Positions 29,689 to 39,445 of a stretch of DNA of 42,399 nucleotides are shown piece after piece (position 1 is the stretch's first letter; the number at the start of each line of letters is the position of its first letter). The DNA comes from Fidelibacterota bacterium (GTDB taxonomy: Bacteria; Fidelibacterota; Marinisomatia; Marinisomatales; TCS55). Position numbers and translations under genes: made by a program. The notes beneath the pieces were generated by a model. It worked only from the letters and a program-made list of their open reading frames with translations. It was not told where the DNA came from and did not search any database. The DNA lies in the NCBI GenBank assembly GCA_027251445.1, contig JAPNQO010000041.1, positions 1-42,399 of the forward strand. The letters run 5' to 3'.

Positions 29689-31380
29689 TTGTTTGTTCAA
29701 TTAAGAGATCAATTTTTTTTAATAACTTATAAACTAGTATATAAATCCCCGTTCAATTTTATTTTTGGGTTTTTATTTTTTCATCAAGTCCTTATTTGTC
29801 AAAGTAACCCTCGCCATGATCCATTTGATTGGGTGGTTTATAGTAAACCTGGTATAATCAAGTCATTTTCTGAAGGTCTATCGTACGTATATATTGCTAC
29901 TGAATCAGCGGGCGTTTTTCGATACTCTTTTTATGGTGATCAGTTTGAATATCCTATTACTCAAGCACAGGGGTTATCTAGTAATAATATTAATGCGATT
30001 CATTTTGACAAAATAACTGGAATTTTATGGGTGGCAACTGATGAAAATATTGAATACAGTTATAATGCTGAAAGTAATTGGATTTCAAAAAGTTTAAATA
30101 ATTATAATTTGCTTCCAGGTGTTTCAATTGAACAGATAGGTTCAAGTAATAATTATTTATGGATATTAGCAGGATCCTTATATCTTAAACTTGATAGAAC
30201 TTCTGGAATGTTTCTTGGATCATTTACTTTTCCTGATGAAATGGAAATTGAATGGTCTAGCGGTCCAATGCGATATAGTAACAATATAGATGATATTTTA
30301 ATGGAATACACTGTTATGGATGGCTGGTTATTAAATCTTAATTCTTTTATAAGTCCAAAGGGTAAAAATGTATATATCACTACTATATACAGTAGTGATA
30401 ATAATAGTATATGGGTAGGAACAGATGAAGGTGTTATTTTCCAAGGAGACCCTTATATGAAATCATTTTATCCCATAAAGTATGGACTAGCAAATACAAA
30501 TGTTCAAACTTTTACACATTCTTTTCCTTCATGGTTAGGCGGAAAAAATTATTTTGGAGATAAAGGTTCTTTATCATTGGTTAATCCATACAATTCATAT
30601 TTTGATTGGTATGAACAAGAATTATTAATCAATGTTAATAATTTAGATATATTTGAAAATTGTGAAATAAATGATGAACATTGGTTTGGTGGAATTGGTT
30701 CAATTGTAGTATATGACTCTAAAAGAGATTATTGGAGAACCCTAGATGCCTCAAGAGGTGTTCCTTATGGAGAAATACGTCATCTTGAACCAGATACAAA
30801 TTATATATGGGCAGCATCATATTATGAGATAAAAAAAATTGATATTAAAACAAAACGTTCAGTTAGTACAAGATTGAGTGAATATCTAAATAATTCATAT
30901 ATTAAAGATATTATATTAATAGATAATTATCTGTGGATTACTACTGAATATAAACTTTTATGCTATAATATAAATTCTGAAGTAATCATCCCTTTTAACT
31001 TTGTTGGAAATATTAATGAGATTAATGACTATGTTGATATTATAACAAAATTTTATACTATATTTTATGATGGAATAAAATTATATGTAGCTACAAATCA
31101 GGGTATCATTGCATATAACAATGTAAATTCAACTTGGGAACTTATTGCTGATCCAACTATTTATAATAATAAAGTTGTTAATAAATTATATGTCTATAAA
31201 AAACAATTATTTATTGTAACTGAAAATGATTTAATCCGATCAAAAATAAAGAAGGGTTTCTCTAGGACGTATGATTATAAATTTATTGGAAGGATTAATG
31301 ATATTTTTGTTGAAAATAATGACTTATGGCTCGCAACAAATAATGGATTAATTCAATTCAAATGGAAAAAAGATCTATAA
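29689..31380 (+). CDS. Secreted beta-propeller repeat protein
   Basis: Repeated LWVAT/IWVGT/LWLATNNGL blades and GLSSNNI motif; start uncertain (TTG). Confidence 0.65.
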   Translation: MFVQLRDQFFLITYKLVYKSPFNFIFGFLFFHQVLICQSNPRHDPFDWVVYSKPGIIKSFSEGLSYVYIATESAGVFRYSFYGDQFEYPITQAQGLSSNNINAIHFDKITGILWVATDENIEYSYNAESNWISKSLNNYNLLPGVSIEQIGSSNNYLWILAGSLYLKLDRTSGMFLGSFTFPDEMEIEWSSGPMRYSNNIDDILMEYTVMDGWLLNLNSFISPKGKNVYITTIYSSDNNSIWVGTDEGVIFQGDPYMKSFYPIKYGLANTNVQTFTHSFPSWLGGKNYFGDKGSLSLVNPYNSYFDWYEQELLINVNNLDIFENCEINDEHWFGGIGSIVVYDSKRDYWRTLDASRGVPYGEIRHLEPDTNYIWAASYYEIKKIDIKTKRSVSTRLSEYLNNSYIKDIILIDNYLWITTEYKLLCYNINSEVIIPFNFVGNINEINDYVDIITKFYTIFYDGIKLYVATNQGIIAYNNVNSTWELIADPTIYNNKVVNKLYVYKKQLFIVTENDLIRSKIKKGFSRTYDYKFIGRINDIFVENNDLWLATNNGLIQFKWKKDL

Positions 31381-32645
31381 TGAAAAATTTATTTAAAATA
31401 TTCTTCTTCTTCTTCTTTTGTTTCTTTATTTCAGATCTATATGCACAAGATCGTAAAAAAAGAGGCAATCAAGAAAAAAGAAATATTGATCAATTTAAAA
31501 TTAATATTTACCCAATTGTCACTGAAGATGATGATATCAGGTTATTAGTGTATGGATTGATTCCATACCAATCACTGCAGTTCCTAAAGAAAGATGATAA
31601 TTTTATTGCCGGATATGAAACAAGTATAAGTATTAGGGATAGTGATGGTAATCAACTGGATAGAAAAACATTTCAATCAACAGTTCAAGTAGATAGTTAT
31701 ATAAATACAGTTAATAGATCATCCAGTGAAGTAGTAATGGCTGAATTTTTAGTGAAAGATCAAAAATACTCTATTGTGGGAGAATTAATTGATGAAGATA
31801 CAAGAACAAAAGGTGTTGTAAAAAAAGAAGTTGATTTAAATGGATTATTAAAAGAGATATGTGTTTATCCACCTTTTATAATTGGAGAATATCCAGGCAT
31901 GTGGGGCTTTAATAAAGATGAAATTCCAGTTACCACCAGAGATATAAATCATAAAATAAAGGAATTTCCTTTATTTATTTCTGGAAAAGTTAATCCGGGT
32001 GAATTTTCCGTTTCAATTATTGCGAAGAATGCTAATGATGAGGTTTTTTGGGAGGAAGAATTAAACCTCAATACGAAAAATAACACTTTTACTGAACGTA
32101 TCATTATTGATAAGAAACCCGAAGAAAATTTAACTATGAATGTTTCTGTAACTTTAGTTCAAGCAAAGAGTGTTGATACTAAAGAAATTAACTTACGTAT
32201 GCGAAAACCAGGTTTATCATTTTTTATAAATAATGTTGAAGAGGCTCTTGATCAGATGCGGTATATAGTAACTGATGAAGAGTATAAGCTTATAAAAAAA
32301 TCTAAAAGAAAAGAACGCGGAAAATTATTTTATCAATTTTGGGATGATCGTGATCCAACTCCTGGAACAATCACAAATGAATTAATGGATCAGTATTATT
32401 ATAGGGTAAAGTATACAAATGAAAAGTTTGCTGCTTTTCAGCCAGGTTGGAAAACAGATATGGGCATGATTTATATATTATTTGGCCCTCCTGATGATAT
32501 GCAACGCTCATTTGGTACAAATTCGCGTAATACCTTTGAGACTTGGTACTATTACTCTATTAGTAGAAACTTTACTTTCTATGATGAGAATGGGTTTGGT
32601 GATTTTAAACTAACTACGCCTTATTATAGAGCAGTTGGTTGGTAA
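31380..32645 (+). CDS. GWxTD domain-containing secreted protein
   Basis: FW..RDPTP.T..NE....YY.RV...N..F...GWKTDMGMIYI.FGPPD; the ATG at 31380 overlaps the upstream TAA and gives a signal peptide. Confidence 0.88.
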   Translation: MKNLFKIFFFFFFCFFISDLYAQDRKKRGNQEKRNIDQFKINIYPIVTEDDDIRLLVYGLIPYQSLQFLKKDDNFIAGYETSISIRDSDGNQLDRKTFQSTVQVDSYINTVNRSSSEVVMAEFLVKDQKYSIVGELIDEDTRTKGVVKKEVDLNGLLKEICVYPPFIIGEYPGMWGFNKDEIPVTTRDINHKIKEFPLFISGKVNPGEFSVSIIAKNANDEVFWEEELNLNTKNNTFTERIIIDKKPEENLTMNVSVTLVQAKSVDTKEINLRMRKPGLSFFINNVEEALDQMRYIVTDEEYKLIKKSKRKERGKLFYQFWDDRDPTPGTITNELMDQYYYRVKYTNEKFAAFQPGWKTDMGMIYILFGPPDDMQRSFGTNSRNTFETWYYYSISRNFTFYDENGFGDFKLTTPYYRAVGW

Positions 32646-32670
32646 TTATTGATATATAAATAATTATTTT

Positions 32671-33465
32671 TTAAGATAAAATTTCAGATCTGAAATTTTC
32701 AAGCATTTCATCATGGATTAAACTATTAGTTGCTAATATTTGTTCTTCAAAAATATCGTATGGTTTTCCATCCATTCTAGTGATTTTACCTCCAGCTTCT
32801 TCAACTAGTAATATACCAGCAGCACTATCCCAAGGGTATAGTCCGATTTCCCAAAATCCATCTGCTTTGCCGGATGCTACATAACATAAATCAGCTGCAG
32901 CAGAACCGATTCGTCTTACACCATGACTAATTTTTGTAAGGTTTTTAAATAATTTCATATTTGTTTCCCATTTTGAATCATGCTGGTAGGCAAAACCAGT
33001 AATTAAAAGAGAATCATTAATTGATTTTCGTGAAGAAACAGAAATTTTATCTCCATTACAAAAAGCACCATTATCTTTAACTGCCCAATATAAATTTTCT
33101 GCAGGTAATTCTGAAATGACAGATAATAATGGTTTATTATTTTTTAATAATGCAATGGAAACACAATAGGGGGATAGTCCATGTACAAAATTTGTAGTAC
33201 CATCTAATGGGTCAATTACCCAAAGATATTCCGAAGATGATGCAGTTTTACCCGATTCCTCAGCAAGAATACTATGATCTGGAAATTTAGCTAAAATATC
33301 ATCTTTTATTACTTTTTCAGCATTTTTATCTGTTTTCGTAACAAGATCTGTAACAGTTGATTTATTAGATGATTCTCTATCAATTTCATTTGCATGGATT
33401 ATCAAATCGGACGCATCTCTGGCTGCAGCTTTCGCAACAGAGAGCATTAATCTAGTTTCTTCCAC
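32671..33465 (-). CDS. suhB: Inositol monophosphatase family protein (SuhB-like)
   Basis: DLVT..D, WVIDPLDGTTNF, RRIGSAA and WDSAAG motifs. Confidence 0.9.
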   Translation of the reverse strand: MEETRLMLSVAKAAARDASDLIIHANEIDRESSNKSTVTDLVTKTDKNAEKVIKDDILAKFPDHSILAEESGKTASSSEYLWVIDPLDGTTNFVHGLSPYCVSIALLKNNKPLLSVISELPAENLYWAVKDNGAFCNGDKISVSSRKSINDSLLITGFAYQHDSKWETNMKLFKNLTKISHGVRRIGSAAADLCYVASGKADGFWEIGLYPWDSAAGILLVEEAGGKITRMDGKPYDIFEEQILATNSLIHDEMLENFRSEILS

Positions 33466-33499
33466 AATAATACTTTCTAATGATATGTTAAGATTTTAT

Positions 33500-34861
33500 T
33501 TATGCTTTGTAAGGTACGTGAGTTCTGTCGAAATAATCTGATGTGATTTTTTTAAGAGTGCCAGTTAAGAATATTACTCCAATTAAATTAGGAATGGTCA
33601 TCAAGCTTAGAGCAATATCTCCAAAATTCCACACAAATGTCAAAGGTAGTATTGCACCTAAGAAATTGAAAAATACATACACCCAACGATATGGCTTTAT
33701 GGCTTTAGGACCCACTAAATATTCAATTGAACGATCTCCATAATAACTCCAAGCGACCATAGTTGTATATGCAAATAGTAATACTGCAATATTAACAATG
33801 AAACTTCCAATATCAGGTGCAAAAGAAAAGCCGCTACGAAATGCTTCTCTTGTTAATAGAGCACCAGTAAAATCTGTTGTATTAAGAACGTTAGTTGATA
33901 AAATAGCAAGACCTGTCATTGTGCAAACCACTATTGTATCAATAAAAGGGCCCATTAATGCAACAGCTCCTTCACGGGCAGATTCCTTTGTTTTTGCTGC
34001 TGCATGGGCGATAGGAGCAGATCCTTGACCAGCTTCATTTGAATATAATCCTCTTCTGACCCCCCACATAATTACGGTGATTAAACCACCCCAACCAGCT
34101 TCGAGAGAAAAAGCTTCTTTAAATATGCTTAAAAAACTTGGTAAAATATAATTTGCATGTGTTAAGAGTATTATTAAGGCACCAAGAACATAAAGAATTG
34201 CCATAGTGGGAACTAATTTACTTGCAACAGCAGCTATACGCTTGATACCACCAATAATAACTATCCCAACAAGAAAAGCAATAAATAGACCCGAAAACCA
34301 TATAGGTACATTGTAAGAGGCAAACGTTTGGGCAATAGTATTTGCCTGATTCATATTCCCTGTACAAAAAGAACATATGACTGCACAAATAGCAAAAATG
34401 ACTGCAAGAGATTTCCATTTTGGTCCTAGACCTTTTTCAATGTAATACATAGGTCCCCCTGAAGCAGAACCATCTTCATTAATTACTCTATAATGATGGG
34501 ATAGTGTGCATTCAGCATATTTTAGCGCCATACCTAATAAAGCTGTTACCCACATCCAAAATAGAGCACCTGGACCACCAAGGCGCAGTGCAATAGCAAC
34601 ACCAGCAATATTACCAATGCCAATTGTTGCAGAAAGAGCTGCTGATAAAGCCTGGAAATGAGTTACATCACCTTCGTCATCAGGATTGTCATATTTTCCT
34701 AATACTACTTCAAAACTATGTTTAAGTCTCTTTAGCTGTATGAACCCTAATGAAAGTGTAACAAAAACGCCTGTTCCAATAAGGGTAATAGTGAGTGGCA
34801 TAGCTATCCATCCACTGAAAATTTCTGTAAATGATGTTAAAGTAGAAGAAATGTTATTCAT
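33500..34861 (-). CDS. Alanine/glycine:cation symporter (AGCS family)
   Basis: IGIGNIAGVA, GGPGALFWMW, GGPMYY and SNEAGQGS motifs. Confidence 0.93.
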   Translation of the reverse strand: MNNISSTLTSFTEIFSGWIAMPLTITLIGTGVFVTLSLGFIQLKRLKHSFEVVLGKYDNPDDEGDVTHFQALSAALSATIGIGNIAGVAIALRLGGPGALFWMWVTALLGMALKYAECTLSHHYRVINEDGSASGGPMYYIEKGLGPKWKSLAVIFAICAVICSFCTGNMNQANTIAQTFASYNVPIWFSGLFIAFLVGIVIIGGIKRIAAVASKLVPTMAILYVLGALIILLTHANYILPSFLSIFKEAFSLEAGWGGLITVIMWGVRRGLYSNEAGQGSAPIAHAAAKTKESAREGAVALMGPFIDTIVVCTMTGLAILSTNVLNTTDFTGALLTREAFRSGFSFAPDIGSFIVNIAVLLFAYTTMVAWSYYGDRSIEYLVGPKAIKPYRWVYVFFNFLGAILPLTFVWNFGDIALSLMTIPNLIGVIFLTGTLKKITSDYFDRTHVPYKA

Positions 34862-34906
34862 TTAATTTTGCCAATTTCATACAGATTTAAATGTTTTCCG
34901 AGCCGA

Positions 34907-34935
34907 AGTTTACATGACTGATGTTCAACTGGCAA
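34907..34935 (-). promoter_or_regulatory. Putative promoter of AGCS symporter
   Basis: Minus strand TTGCCA-17 nt-TAAACT. Confidence 0.45.
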
Positions 34936-34969
34936 TTAGATTAAATAAAAAGGTAAATTAAATATTGTT

Positions 34970-35533
34970 ATGAAAATCATTGCAGGTGTAGATGAAGCAG
35001 GAAGAGGGGCATTAGCCGGCCCAGTAGTTGCATCTGCGGTAATCTTGCCTGAGGAATATGATTTAGATGGATTAAATGACTCCAAGAAAGTATCACCTCC
35101 AAAAAGAGAGGTTTTATTTGATAAAATTACATCTCAGGCCATATCTATAGGTGTTGGTATTGTACCAGCCATTGAAATAGATCGAATAAACATTCTTGAA
35201 TCAACATATAAAGCAATGAAAATGTCTTTAGGAAAACTAAACCCTGTTCCAGAGGAAGCATTAATTGATGGTTTCCCTTTAAATACACAGATTATTCCAA
35301 ATCGAGGTATAATTAAAGGAGATGAAACAATTGATGTTATTAAGGCTGCTTCTATCATTGCAAAAGTTACTAGAGACAGAATAATGGTAAAATATGATCA
35401 GAAATACCCATTGTATGGTTTTAAAAAACATAAAGGTTATGGAACAAAAGAACATTTAAAAATGTTACAATTACACAAATCTTGTGATATACATAGAAAA
35501 ACTTTTAAGCCAGTATCAAAAATGCTAAAATGA
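34970..35533 (+). CDS. rnhB: Ribonuclease HII
   Basis: AGVDEAGRG.LAGPV, DSKK, AASIIAKVTRD and HKGYGT motifs. Confidence 0.96.
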   Translation: MKIIAGVDEAGRGALAGPVVASAVILPEEYDLDGLNDSKKVSPPKREVLFDKITSQAISIGVGIVPAIEIDRINILESTYKAMKMSLGKLNPVPEEALIDGFPLNTQIIPNRGIIKGDETIDVIKAASIIAKVTRDRIMVKYDQKYPLYGFKKHKGYGTKEHLKMLQLHKSCDIHRKTFKPVSKMLK

Positions 35534-35580
35534 AATATTATTTTATTATACAAATGATAATTAATATAAATTCGAAATAG

Positions 35581-36537
35581 ATGAAAGAATCAAAAATATA
35601 CAAAGAGTTTCGGTCGCTAACTATTTTAGTAATTATAGCATTTTTGTTAAAAGCTACTTTAGTAGAAGCATATATAGTCCCTACAGGAAGTATGGAGAAT
35701 ACTATTATGACTGGTGATTTTCTCATTGGTAGTAGGTTTGTTTATGGTATGCGTACACCAGATTGGGTAGGTATTCCATATACTGATATAGGTTTTGATG
35801 TTCCATATCTCGTATTTCCGAAATTTCGAGATGCTAAAAAGGGTGATATAATTATTTTTAAATATCCCAGAGATACCCATCAGAAATATGTAAAACGTTG
35901 TATTGCCTTACCTGGTGATACATTAGAAATCAGATCAAGAAAAGTATACGTGAATAATAAGGAGTATGTTACTCCAGAATATGGAAAATTTGTAAGTAGA
36001 ATGAATGCGGAAAGCTGGTCAAATCCAACAATATTTTTAGGTAATAAAGGTAATAAAGATCATTTTAAACCTATACGAATTCCCAAAAAAGGGGATGTGA
36101 TACCTGTTAACCCTAATAATGCTCAGCTATTATTACACTTAATGGTTCTAGATGGGCATGAAATAAAGATTGTAAATGGTTCAAATGAATATTTTTTCAC
36201 AATGACTGATCCTGAAAACCTTATAAGAAGAAAGAAGGATCATTCTTTCTTAAATGAATATTATCCTATAGGAAATAAGATAAACCCCTGGATGCAGAAT
36301 TTACCAAATGGAGAATTATATATAGATAATCAATTAATAAATGATATTACATCATACACCGTAAAGCAGGATTATTTTTGGGCCATGGGTGATAATCGTG
36401 ATGATAGTTATGATTCAAGGTTTTGGGGTTTTGTTCCTAGAAAATATCTTTTAGGTGAAGCTTTATTTGTCTATATGTCTTTGGATTTCAAGAGTAAACT
36501 TCCCCGTTTTAATCGAATTGGGACAATCCTGAATTAA
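35581..36537 (+). CDS. lepB: Signal peptidase I
   Basis: PTGSME (Ser), YVKR (Lys), GDNRDDSYDSRFWG. Confidence 0.95.
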   Translation: MKESKIYKEFRSLTILVIIAFLLKATLVEAYIVPTGSMENTIMTGDFLIGSRFVYGMRTPDWVGIPYTDIGFDVPYLVFPKFRDAKKGDIIIFKYPRDTHQKYVKRCIALPGDTLEIRSRKVYVNNKEYVTPEYGKFVSRMNAESWSNPTIFLGNKGNKDHFKPIRIPKKGDVIPVNPNNAQLLLHLMVLDGHEIKIVNGSNEYFFTMTDPENLIRRKKDHSFLNEYYPIGNKINPWMQNLPNGELYIDNQLINDITSYTVKQDYFWAMGDNRDDSYDSRFWGFVPRKYLLGEALFVYMSLDFKSKLPRFNRIGTILN

Positions 36538-36635
36538 TATATTTGACCTTGCCTACATCTTAGATTGGTGCGTATTTTACAGCACATGGTTGGTATACTA
36601 CCGTACTCTGTAATAGGCTATATCTCGGGTTCCAA

Positions 36636-37349
36636 ATGAATCGCGCTATATTTATCATATTATTTATTTCTTTATTGTCAGCTCAGAATGCTGACACTTC
36701 ACAAGTGCTCTCAAATGAACAATCTGATTCTTTATCTGTACCAAGTGATACTTTATCAGCCCCTGAAGATACACTAGGTCCGCCTATGGATCTTGACTAT
36801 GGATATAAAGGTTTTATGTGGGGCACCCCTAAAGGTTCTCAGATGCCATCTTTAACGTATATGGATCAAGGTCAATATGCTCCTGATAGTTCAGTAGTTC
36901 GAATGTCAGGAAACCTCGGTAATGAGGTAGTATTTATTGAATATGCATTTTCAGATAGTGGATTCTGGAAAGTTGAAATAAGATATGTTCTTGATCCTAA
37001 TGATTTTCAATCTCATTTGAATTTATTTTCAAAAATTGAAAAGAGTGTTTCAGAAGTTTATGGTTGGCCTGAAACTACTGATAGAATTGAGGCCGGAGCA
37101 ATGGGCTCTCATGATGAAATTAATATTGGGTTTGAAAGAGCTTTCCATTTTTCATCATGGAACGTTTCCCCAGTGAAAATTAGTCTGCTATTAAATAGTA
37201 TTGTTCAAGTTCCAAGAAATGATGATCTAAATATTTTCGGTGAAGACATGTCAACCTTGAAGTTAGTTTACTATAACCCAGATAATATGGTTATAGCTGA
37301 GGAAGTTGTAGTAGAAGAGCCACCTCCATCGATATTTGATATTTATTAA
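36636..37349 (+). CDS. Secreted hypothetical protein
   Basis: Signal peptide, acidic ORF with GYKGFMWG motif; no family firmly recognised. Confidence 0.6.
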   Translation: MNRAIFIILFISLLSAQNADTSQVLSNEQSDSLSVPSDTLSAPEDTLGPPMDLDYGYKGFMWGTPKGSQMPSLTYMDQGQYAPDSSVVRMSGNLGNEVVFIEYAFSDSGFWKVEIRYVLDPNDFQSHLNLFSKIEKSVSEVYGWPETTDRIEAGAMGSHDEINIGFERAFHFSSWNVSPVKISLLLNSIVQVPRNDDLNIFGEDMSTLKLVYYNPDNMVIAEEVVVEEPPPSIFDIY

Positions 37350-37363
37350 CACATTCCCAATTA

Positions 37364-37825
37364 ATGATACGATCTTTTCTTTCGATAGTATTAGCTGTTC
37401 AATTTTCTTTTTGTCCAGAACGGCCAAGAATGATCCGTTACTTTGATTATGAATACACGCAAAAAGAAGCATTAACTATCGCAAGAGATTCCTTGCTTGA
37501 TTTAGGATATAAGATTGATTTATCTGCACCTGAGGGTTACTTTTTTTTAACAAAACCTCAGCCAGTAAAAAAAGATATTCGTCAATATGATTATCGTATT
37601 GCAGTTCTTGTTGAAGATAGGGTAGAAATAGTTATTGTAGCACAAAGGAAAATATTTAAACGAGATTCAGAGGCATCTATTGGTGGCCGTGATTTAATAC
37701 AAGCTCAAATATCAGATAAGCTACCTTATAGTTTGCAACGTTCAATATTTTATCCTATAATCGATGAGTTCTCAAGGAATGGGTTAGTAGAAGTATTAGA
37801 TATAACATTAAAAAATAATGCATAA
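37364..37825 (+). CDS. Hypothetical exported protein
   Basis: Hydrophobic N-terminus; tightly packed in operon. Confidence 0.55.
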   Translation: MIRSFLSIVLAVQFSFCPERPRMIRYFDYEYTQKEALTIARDSLLDLGYKIDLSAPEGYFFLTKPQPVKKDIRQYDYRIAVLVEDRVEIVIVAQRKIFKRDSEASIGGRDLIQAQISDKLPYSLQRSIFYPIIDEFSRNGLVEVLDITLKNNA

Positions 37826-37912
37826 TTGAAAAAAATATTTGACTCGAACCCAAGGCATCATGAAATTAAATTTCTTATTTTATTTAAGTATCGGTAATTT
37901 GGAGGCTAATAT

Positions 37913-38272
37913 ATGTCTACAGAAATAAATACTAAAGATCAAATAGCTGCAATGTTATCAGCAAAATTGAATGAATTTTTAGATGGTGTTGGTGATAGTT
38001 ATGGTAAAGTTATTCTAGATGAGCTAGTCGCTAGAATAGAATATACTATTACTGATTTTAAAGATGAAGTTGGTGAAATAATGGAGCAGATGTCAGAAAA
38101 TGCAGCTAATAAGAAAGAGATACTCTCTGATCTGATAGCAAAAGAAAGTGCAGTTGCATCAAGTCTTAGTGATAGTTCAGCTGATAGTGGAACAGATTCT
38201 CCATCCCAAGCATCAGGTGATGATCCTCGAGAAATGAGTGAATGGGAAAAGAAATTAGAACAATTAGGGTAA
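37913..38272 (+). CDS. Hypothetical acidic helical protein
   Basis: GGAGG RBS; Ser-rich linker and C-terminal MSEWEKKLE. Confidence 0.65.
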   Translation: MSTEINTKDQIAAMLSAKLNEFLDGVGDSYGKVILDELVARIEYTITDFKDEVGEIMEQMSENAANKKEILSDLIAKESAVASSLSDSSADSGTDSPSQASGDDPREMSEWEKKLEQLG

Positions 38273-38297
38273 TATTTGAAGGAGCGGAGCTTGTATA

Positions 38298-38810
38298 ATG
38301 AGCGTTAAGGATAAGATTATTTTTGGAATATTGGTTATTTTAATAGCAGTTGCTGGATATTTTCAATATATGGCATCAAATATGATTAGTCGCATGGATG
38401 AATTAAATGAAAATGATTCAAAACATGTAGATGTAGTACATAATGAATTCAGAGAAGACTTAAGAAAATTAACATTAAAATTTATTGGTAGAGGCAAACA
38501 CCTCCAAAAGGCACAGCAGGATATAGTCGCTAATACAGAATTTATTGAATATGTTACTGATTCATTGGGTAATGCAATACAGTTAGTTCAATATAACCTT
38601 GATGAATTGGATCGTACTGTTTCGAAAAAGTTTGATAATGTAGAAGCTGATATACAAGATTTAACAGATACTTTTAATAGAGAGAGAAGGCGTACAAAGA
38701 ACGAGCGTTCAGATATGAAACAAACAATGACTGCCATGCAGAGTGAAATTAAAGCTTTAAATGATAAAGTATTTGGCATTCCTGAAGAGGAGAAGAAGAA
38801 GAAAGACTAA
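38298..38810 (+). CDS. Membrane-anchored coiled-coil hypothetical protein
   Basis: AAGGAG RBS, N-terminal TM helix, heptad-rich body. Confidence 0.65.
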   Translation: MSVKDKIIFGILVILIAVAGYFQYMASNMISRMDELNENDSKHVDVVHNEFREDLRKLTLKFIGRGKHLQKAQQDIVANTEFIEYVTDSLGNAIQLVQYNLDELDRTVSKKFDNVEADIQDLTDTFNRERRRTKNERSDMKQTMTAMQSEIKALNDKVFGIPEEEKKKKD

Positions 38811-38845
38811 AGAGCTTAATATTTAAAATTATATAAACTTTTTAT

Positions 38846-38880
38846 AAAGGCTAATGATTAAAAAATCATTAGCCTTTTTT
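38846..38880 (+). terminator. Rho-independent terminator
   Basis: AAAGGCTAATGATT-AAAA-AATCATTAGCCTTT followed by T-run. Confidence 0.85.
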
Positions 38881-39028
38881 ATTACATATATTTAACTAAA
38901 TCACAATTCAAGTAGATAATCCAAAATATACTTAAACTACTTATTTAAGTTGTGCTAGTAAGGATTAAAGTGATTTAGTAAGTGAATATTACTTTAAGAT
39001 AAAATTTTAATTATAGATAATAAAATCG

Positions 39029-39120
39029 GAAAAAAATTGGGGTAGATTTCACAAGGACCTCGGAACCAAGTGAAGATCTACCCCTTCCACATACCAAAGG
39101 TACCAAACCAGCACCTTCTT
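39029..39120 (-). ncRNA. Candidate ~90-nt small RNA with repeated GGU motifs
   Basis: GC-rich island in an AT-rich spacer; ends in a hairpin (39039-39084) plus U-tract; promoter-like element immediately upstream. Confidence 0.5.
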
Positions 39121-39125
39121 AGCTT

Positions 39126-39154
39126 AAAGTAAAAGTTTAGTATAGTATTTGCAA
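39126..39154 (-). promoter_or_regulatory. Putative promoter for candidate sRNA
   Basis: Minus strand TTGCAA(39154-49)-17 nt-TACTTT(39131-26). Confidence 0.5.
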
Positions 39155-39178
39155 GTTAATTTTTTTTAAGTGGGGAAG

Positions 39179-39262
39179 TGCCGAGGGCCGGAATCGAACC
39201 GGCACGAGGTTGCCCTCATCGGTGTTTGAGACCGACGCGTCTACCAGTTCCGCCACCCCGGC
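39179..39262 (-). tRNA. tRNA-Leu(CAA)
   Basis: Reverse complement GCCGGGG...TCGGT-CTCAAAC-ACCGA, long variable arm, GCCGG-TTCGATT-CCGGC, CCTCGGC-A. Confidence 0.95.
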
Positions 39263-39390
39263 ATGGAAGAATATACGCATTATTTATACTTTGTCGAGGA
39301 GAAAATTAATATTATTAATAAAACTTAATATTAAAGTATTACTTTAAGTATATAGATATTTGTTACTAGTTATTTAATAAGCAATACATT

Positions 39391-39421
39391 AAGCCCTGTC
39401 AAGTTGCGGGGTTTTTTGTTT
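39391..39421 (+). terminator. Terminator-like hairpin upstream of GH53 gene
   Basis: AAGCCCTGT-CAAGTT-GCGGGGTTT stem (several G-U pairs) followed by TTTGTTT. Confidence 0.5.
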
Positions 39422-39445
39422 GTGGGAGGATGGTTAGATTTAGTA

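Noticed and set aside
39404..39445. TTG start of the GH53 ORF
   Set aside because: It lies inside a terminator-like hairpin; ATG 39446 gives a normal signal peptide.
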